Shown piece by piece: positions 58,361-64,000 of a stretch of 64,000 nt of DNA (its first letter is position 1; every line of letters begins with the position of its first letter). The translations under genes were made by a program, and so were the position numbers. This stretch comes from an uncultured Planctomycetaceae bacterium (lineage in GTDB: Bacteria; Planctomycetota; Planctomycetia; Planctomycetales; Planctomycetaceae). Location of the stretch: positions 768,001 through 832,000 of the forward strand of contig CAWFGE010000013.1 in assembly GCA_963815195.1 (NCBI GenBank), given 5' to 3'. A model generated the notes under the pieces. It saw nothing but the letters and a program-made list of their open reading frames with translations. It ran no database searches and had not been told where the DNA came from.

Positions 58361-59935
58361 TTACGGAGTGCGGCGGCGGTAGCGCTCGAGGGTTGGGGCG
58401 GGCGTCGCGAAGGGCGGGGCTTCCAGTTCATCCGGCTCGGCGAAGGGGGGCGGTTCGAGTTCGGGTTTGGCCTGGACTTCATTCGGGCGGTGGTGCACGG
58501 TGGGAATGGGCTGTTCGCTCAGTTCCTGCGTGAGATACGACACGAACCGCGAGCTGGCCCGGTTGATGATCACCACCTGGCTCGCGGACTTGGGTTGATT
58601 GATCGGCCGCACGATGCAGATCACTTCCGCTTCGCCCGGATTTGTCAAAGCCGCGGGCAGGCTCGCTTCGCCGCCCTTGGCGACGGCGGCTTTCGTCGGC
58701 GGCGCCACGTTGGCGACGGGTTGGGGCGTTTCGGGAGCGGTGTTGGCGATGGCGAAGGCTTCCGGAACAGAGGACTTCGGGATCAGGTGGGCGAAGTTGT
58801 GTTCGCCCAAGAGGTTATGAATCACGTTGAGGCCCGCGTACAAGCCGCGCTTGTCCTTGGGGTCGGCCGCGACGCAGACGCCGACCACGTCGCCTTGGGC
58901 ATTGAATAGCCCGCCGCCGGAGCGGCCTTGCATCGGCTCGCCGGTGCATTCGATGTTGTCCGGCCCTAAATAGCGGTTGAGCGCGGTCACGAACACATCC
59001 TCCCGCGAAGGGGTCTCGCCGCCGCCGCAGCCGATGCTGTAAACGCTCTGCCGGACCTGCACTCCATCGGCGAGCGAAGCCAGCCGAGACGCCGGGAGCC
59101 CGGCATCGGTCGCGATCGAAAGCAAGCCCACATCGCCTTCCAGGTCATAAGCGATCGTTTTGCCCACAAAGGTTTCCGCCTGGGATCCGGTGAAGAGATC
59201 GACCTCGATTTTCGCGGCGGGATCCAGATCGCGGAAGATGTGCCCGCAGGTGAGGATCACCGTCCGACCGGGCCGGCTTTCGACGATCGTGCCCGAGCCG
59301 TAGTTCACGCCATCTTTCCCGGCGATCCGCACCCGCACGCTGGAAGCGAGGGGGTTCTCTTCCAGCGAGACGTCGGGGCGCGGTTTGTCTTGGTCGAGCT
59401 TGGCCCGGATCACGGCGGGTTCGGCGGGCGGAGTTGGCTCGGCGGTTTTCTTGCCGCCGAAGGGAAACGAAAAGCTCCCCAAGACGCCGGCGGGTGACTT
59501 GGGCTCGGTATTCTCTGCCACTTGAACTTCCGACCGAGGCAACGCCCGGCCGGGGTTCAGGCCGATCGTCTGGCGAGGGTCGGGATTGCCGATGACCGAA
59601 GGTTTGGGATCGTGCGGGATCTGGGCGAGCATCCGTTTGAGCTGGCCTTCCGAAGTCGCCCCTTCGTAGCGCATCCGCTCTTTGCCGTCCACGACGAGGA
59701 CGAACGCCGGGATGCTGCGGATGTTGTACTGTTGGGCCAAGGCCCGCTCCTGATCCACATCGACCTTCCGCACGGGATAGCCCTGGCGTTTTAGCCGGCT
59801 GACGATGGGGCTCATTTGCTGGCAGGGTCCGCACCAGGTGGCGGAGAAATCGAGCAGCACGCCGCGGGAGGCCGGGTGGTTGGCGTTCGCGGTGCCGGCC
59901 GCGAGGGACATAATCAACAAGGAGACGGTCGTCAT
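58361..59935 (-). CDS. Secreted thioredoxin plus trypsin-like serine peptidase fusion protein
   Basis: Signal peptide; DFSATWCGPC, IRSIPAF; GSGTIV, LTCGHIF, DVGLL, QGRSGGGLFN. Confidence 0.9.
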   Translation of the reverse strand: MTTVSLLIMSLAAGTANANHPASRGVLLDFSATWCGPCQQMSPIVSRLKRQGYPVRKVDVDQERALAQQYNIRSIPAFVLVVDGKERMRYEGATSEGQLKRMLAQIPHDPKPSVIGNPDPRQTIGLNPGRALPRSEVQVAENTEPKSPAGVLGSFSFPFGGKKTAEPTPPAEPAVIRAKLDQDKPRPDVSLEENPLASSVRVRIAGKDGVNYGSGTIVESRPGRTVILTCGHIFRDLDPAAKIEVDLFTGSQAETFVGKTIAYDLEGDVGLLSIATDAGLPASRLASLADGVQVRQSVYSIGCGGGETPSREDVFVTALNRYLGPDNIECTGEPMQGRSGGGLFNAQGDVVGVCVAADPKDKRGLYAGLNVIHNLLGEHNFAHLIPKSSVPEAFAIANTAPETPQPVANVAPPTKAAVAKGGEASLPAALTNPGEAEVICIVRPINQPKSASQVVIINRASSRFVSYLTQELSEQPIPTVHHRPNEVQAKPELEPPPFAEPDELEAPPFATPAPTLERYRRRTP

Positions 59936-60847
59936 GGGTCAGCTCCGGAAGAAGGGACGGGAGGGCCGTGGCCGGGATTTCGGGCGGGGATCCGAAATCT
60001 CAACAGGCGATAGCGATCATCCGCACAAACGGCGGACGGCCACGGCGGGCGGAGAAGAGACGGGAACAGGCCGAGGCGTCAATCTCTGGACACAGAGACG
60101 AGCATCCATCAAGGCGTGGAGGATTTTCCCGAACGGACCCGATCTTTCGGAAGCGGAACATGGCGGAAGGAAGAGGTGCGAGCGCAATCGCAGCGGCTTC
60201 TGCGTCCAAGTGAGCAGCATTCAGGCCTCCATGCCCGAGGGTTTGTTTGCAAATTGTAAAGGCTACCAGACGAGGGGGCGCCAATTACAATTCTCGGGGC
60301 GGACCGTTTCAGGCACGCCGTTCACGCCGCGGGGGGCAACTCCTTTGCCCGCCGCACGTTTCGAGAACTGTGGCAGCGGTTTCCGATGCGTCGTCCGGTG
60401 TTCCGAGATCCTTCCAGCAGAAAATGTGCCGATCTGTGAAAAGGGCGGCGGGTTCCGGCGTAGAAAAAGGAGTGCGCGGGCGGTTTCGGGGCGGCCAATT
60501 CGTGGAAACCGGGCAAATCCCGGGTCAGAGCGTGTACTTTTTTCGGGCCCCGGGACTATAATAAAAAAACCGCGTCAAAAACCCGACCACCTTCGCAACC
60601 CAACCCGCCCCAAGTATTTCCTGCAATTTCCAGAGTCGAATTTGCAACGCGAAATCCGCACGCGACACGCGGACAATCTGGCAGGGACGGCGAATTGTCG
60701 CAACAAAGGCGTAATCCTTCCTCATCGCCCGTCTCCCAGCCGGAGAAATTCCCAAACGCGGCCAAGCCGCAAACAACGTCGCGGCGGCATCTTGCCGCCG
60801 GAGTTCCCGCCGTTCCTGCCACGGTCACATTTCACAACGAATTATTT

Positions 60848-61964
60848 ATGATGGTTCAAGCTTTCTTAAACCTCGGGCGGAAAAACCGCCGGGCCTTTGG
60901 GCTTTGGGTTTCGCTTTCGGGGTTTCTGCTCGGTTGCGGCGAGCCGGAGCAGATCCGGGAATACATGGTCCCCAAAATGGCGGTGGATGGAAGTTCCTCC
61001 CGTCCCGCCGGCAAGGAGCGAATGCTCGCCGCGATGATTCCGCACGATGGGATGGCGTGGTATTTCAAACTCACCGGGCCGGACGACTCCGTCCAGGACC
61101 AGGCGGAGGGCTTTTTGAGCCTGATTCAATCGGTGACGTTCGCCTCCAACGGCAGGCCCCAGTGGAAGCTCCCCGCCAAGTGGAAACAGGAAGGCCAAGC
61201 GGGGATGCGGTTCGCCACGATCAAGATTCCCGATGCGAACGCCGTGGAGATGACCGTGATCCCCCTCCCCATGCCCGAGGGCGGAAACGAGGAAGATTAC
61301 AAGCTGGAGAACGTCAACCGCTGGCGCGGGCAACTGGGACTGGCTCCGATTGGCGAAGCCGATCTCCAAGATCAAATCGTCGAAGTCCCCCTGCAAGATT
61401 CCAATGCGAAGGCGATGGTGGTCAATCTCTTGGGCGAGAAATCGCCGGCAACGCCCGGCCAACCGCCGTTCGCCAACATGTCGCCCGAACCCGCCGAGGA
61501 CGCGTCCCAGTCCGCCGAGTCAAACCGCGTCGCGAAAGCCCGCGTTCGAGGTTCCCGAAAGCTGGACCCCCGCGAAAAACGACACGTTCAGCACCTCGGC
61601 TTACGAGATGCAGCAAGACGGGCAAAGGGTCCGCATCACCGTCACGCCTTTGGGACCCTTGGGCGATTCGCTGCCTCTGCATCTCAACCGCTGGCGCGGA
61701 CAGATCAAGCTGCCGCCCGCGGGCCCCCAGGAACTCGATGAGGCGACGGAAAAAGTCGAAGCCGGCGGCGTGTCGGGTTATTACGTCAAGTTCGCCGGCA
61801 AGGAATCCTCCCAGGCGATTCTGGCCGCGATTTTGCCCCAAGCGGGGCGAACCTGGTTTGTCAAACTGACCGGCGATGCCGACCTGGCGTTAGAGCAAGA
61901 GTCCGAGTTCAAAGCCTTCGTCCAATCCGTCCGATTTTCCCCCACTGAGGAAGCCGGCGAATAA
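60848..61964 (+). CDS. Lipoprotein with two homologous domains (NRWRGQ motif); one frameshift near 61530
   Basis: FLLGC lipobox; MLAAMIP...WYFKLTG...NVNRWRGQLGL repeated as LNRWRGQIKL...ILAAILP...WFVKLTG. The stop overlaps the next ATG (TAATG). Confidence 0.8.
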
Positions 61965-64000
61965 TGAGCAAACGCAGAAATCCGCCCAAACCGAAAAAGA
62001 CCCGGGACTCCGAACCCGCACCCGGACTCGAACTCGTCGAAGAGCCTGCGGGCGTCGAGGTTCTGGAAGAGCCTTCTTTCGCGGATCGTCCCGCGGACGA
62101 TTCCCCCTGGTCTCCGACCAAGCTGGCGCTCCTCCGGATTCTGGACGGGCTGGCTTCGCTGCGGCTGACGGTCGCCTTGTTTGCAATGGCGATCTTCATC
62201 GTGCTGGCCGGGACCCTCGGCCAGGTCCACCGCGACATTTGGGACGTGGTGCACGATTATTTCCGGATGAGCCCCGAAGGCAGCATGGCCGTCCATTGGA
62301 CGATCCCGGTGATCGATAAGGAAGTCATCATCCCGTCGCCGGCGACCTTCGTCGATTTGAAGATTTTCTTTCCGCCGGCCTTTTCCTCGGACGGCCAGCC
62401 GCCCGATCTCTCCAAACCCGCGTCCCCGGCCCGGCTGTTGTCTTCGCTGGTTTTGGGCTTCGGATGGGCGGCTCTCGTGTGGCTGATTCCGCTCCGCGAC
62501 CGCAAAATCCAGTTGGCGATCTACGCGTCCTTGGGGATCCTGCTTGCGTTCGCCACCGCAACCTTTGGCGGGTTCCTGTTCCCCAAAGGCTGGACCATCG
62601 GCGCGGTGATGGCCGTCAACCTGCTCGCCGCCCATTTGATGCGGTTTAAAATTCAATCCTCAGGCACCAGGCTCTGGGCCGGCGCGGGCGTGATCGCGCT
62701 CGGCATCCTCACGACCTACGGTGTCATCAAGAGCGGCTCCAACAAAGAAGGCGTCCTCAAAGAGAACTGGCTGCTCGGTTATGAATTCGAATGGTCCCAA
62801 ATCTGGATCCTGTTCGAAATGCTGCTCGCGGTGCTGGTCGCTTTGGGAGGATATGCCTGCGTTTCCATGCTGTTTAAAGAATTGAGCCGCGACAAATCCG
62901 ATGCGAAACGCTCCTCGTATCTTTCGATGGTCGTCGTCTCGGGCCTGGGCACATTGGCGGTTGCCGGCGTGTTGGCTTTCCTGATTCTCGGCGGGGACGA
63001 TGTCCGCTTGAACGATTCGGGCATGCGGATTCTCTGGCAACTCTTGAAAGCCACGGTCGCGGGATTGATCCTTCTGGGCGGCTGCGCGATGGTGTTCCGC
63101 AAACGCGCGGGCGTGGTCGTGTTGCATGCGGGCGTCGCCTTGTTGATGCTCAGCGAACTCCTCGTGGGCGTCTCGGCCGTGGAAGGCCAAATGACGATCA
63201 TGGAAGGCGAATCCTCCAACTACGTGCAGGACATCCGCAGCATCGAACTCGCCGTGATCGATTCCAGCGGGTCCCAAGACAAAGTCGTCGCGATTCCCGG
63301 CCGGCTCATCAAAAAAGGCAACCTGATCGAAGACGATCGGCTGCCCGTCAACATCCGCGTCGGCGAATTCTATGAAAACTCCACACTCGAAAAACCCAAG
63401 AAAAGCGAATCGAACCCCGCCGACTCCGGCTACGGCCGCTCGGAGATCGCCAAACCCGTCCAAGGCAGCACCGGCACCGATAGCGCCAGCGACGTCGATC
63501 TGGCGTCGGCTTATGTCACCCTGCGCACGAAGGACGGCGACAAGACGCTGGGCACCTGGCTGGTGAGCCAACTCCGCACCGCGGAGCAGCCGTTCGAGGT
63601 CGATGGGAAGACGTATGCCATCGCGCTGCGGTTCAAGCGGACGTACAAGCCTTACACCATCACCTTGAAAGACGCCGTTCGCGAAAACTACGTCGGCACG
63701 AGCACGCCCCGCGACTATCGTTCGATCATCGATCTCAACGATCCCTCCCGCAACGAAGACCGCAAAGACGTCCACATCTGGATGAACAACCCGCTCCGCT
63801 ACGGCGGCGAGACGTTCTACCAAAGCGGGCTTCAGACCCTTCGCCCGGGGCTCGATGTGACCGTTTTGCAAGTCGTCACCAACGACGGTTGGATGATTCC
63901 CTACGTCTCGTGCATGATCGTCGCCGTCGGCATGCTGGCCCACTTCCTGATGGGCTTGACCCGCTTTCTGAACCGCAGCGCGCAACAGCGCGGGGGGCGT
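61964..64000 (+). CDS. Cytochrome c biogenesis protein, ResB/Ccs1-like (system II; partial, runs off the window and may be fused to CcsA)
   Basis: Manual translation from ATG 61964; the frame was checked at 62161 and 63781. Motifs: LASLRLTVALFAMAIFIVLAGTLGQ, GVVVLHAGV, EGQMTIMEGES, TPRDYRS, IWMNNPLRYGGETFYQSG, TVLQVVTNDGWMIPYVSC. Absent from the ORF track because there is no stop in the window. Confidence 0.88.
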   Translation, partial: MSKRRNPPKPKKTRDSEPAPGLELVEEPAGVEVLEEPSFADRPADDSPWSPTKLALLRILDGLASLRLTVALFAMAIFIVLAGTLGQVHRDIWDVVHDYFRMSPEGSMAVHWTIPVIDKEVIIPSPATFVDLKIFFPPAFSSDGQPPDLSKPASPARLLSSLVLGFGWAALVWLIPLRDRKIQLAIYASLGILLAFATATFGGFLFPKGWTIGAVMAVNLLAAHLMRFKIQSSGTRLWAGAGVIALGILTTYGVIKSGSNKEGVLKENWLLGYEFEWSQIWILFEMLLAVLVALGGYACVSMLFKELSRDKSDAKRSSYLSMVVVSGLGTLAVAGVLAFLILGGDDVRLNDSGMRILWQLLKATVAGLILLGGCAMVFRKRAGVVVLHAGVALLMLSELLVGVSAVEGQMTIMEGESSNYVQDIRSIELAVIDSSGSQDKVVAIPGRLIKKGNLIEDDRLPVNIRVGEFYENSTLEKPKKSESNPADSGYGRSEIAKPVQGSTGTDSASDVDLASAYVTLRTKDGDKTLGTWLVSQLRTAEQPFEVDGKTYAIALRFKRTYKPYTITLKDAVRENYVGTSTPRDYRSIIDLNDPSRNEDRKDVHIWMNNPLRYGGETFYQSGLQTLRPGLDVTVLQVVTNDGWMIPYVSCMIVAVGMLAHFLMGLTRFLNRSAQQRGGR

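Noticed and set aside
59805..60851. 348-aa ORF spanning the intergenic region
   Set aside because: Arg/Gly/Pro-rich low-information translation, overlaps the thioredoxin gene antisense, and has no motifs.
62660..63985. 441-aa minus-strand ORF (and 61781..62656)
   Set aside because: Antisense to the ResB-like gene, which has clear family motifs.

Overview
A GC-rich bacterial chromosomal window, almost certainly from a planctomycete (Planctomycetaceae-like). The evidence is the PVC/planctomycete signature families: a DUF1559 prepilin-like protein, DUF1501 with DUF1549/DUF1553, ASPIC/UnbV-CRTAC1, a PVC-type heme-binding CxxCH protein and DUF4058. It is mostly core or lineage-typical DNA: aroK-pilD-hisH-hisA, sucC/sucD, gdhA, a ychF-like gene, pepF, a beta-CASP MBL hydrolase, a Ser/Thr kinase, tRNA-Ala(CGC) and the start of a ResB-type cytochrome c maturation gene. 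About a dozen single-base indels split otherwise intact genes, most likely long-read consensus errors. Most notable: (1) a co-oriented module of an OmpR regulator, a receiver-only regulator, a histidine kinase, a PII/SbtB-like protein (hidden by a frameshift), a small membrane-targeted ORF ending in RGPP (candidate ribosome-arrest leader) and a SulP anion/bicarbonate transporter; (2) a 1.17-kb lower-GC cassette bounded by perfect 31-bp inverted repeats between sucC and sucD; (3) a dead tyrosine-integrase fragment beside the tRNA-Ala 3' end; (4) at least nine distinct palindromic REP-like repeat families. No CRISPR array, rRNA or intact transposase was found. All family assignments come from motif recognition by eye, not from database searches.
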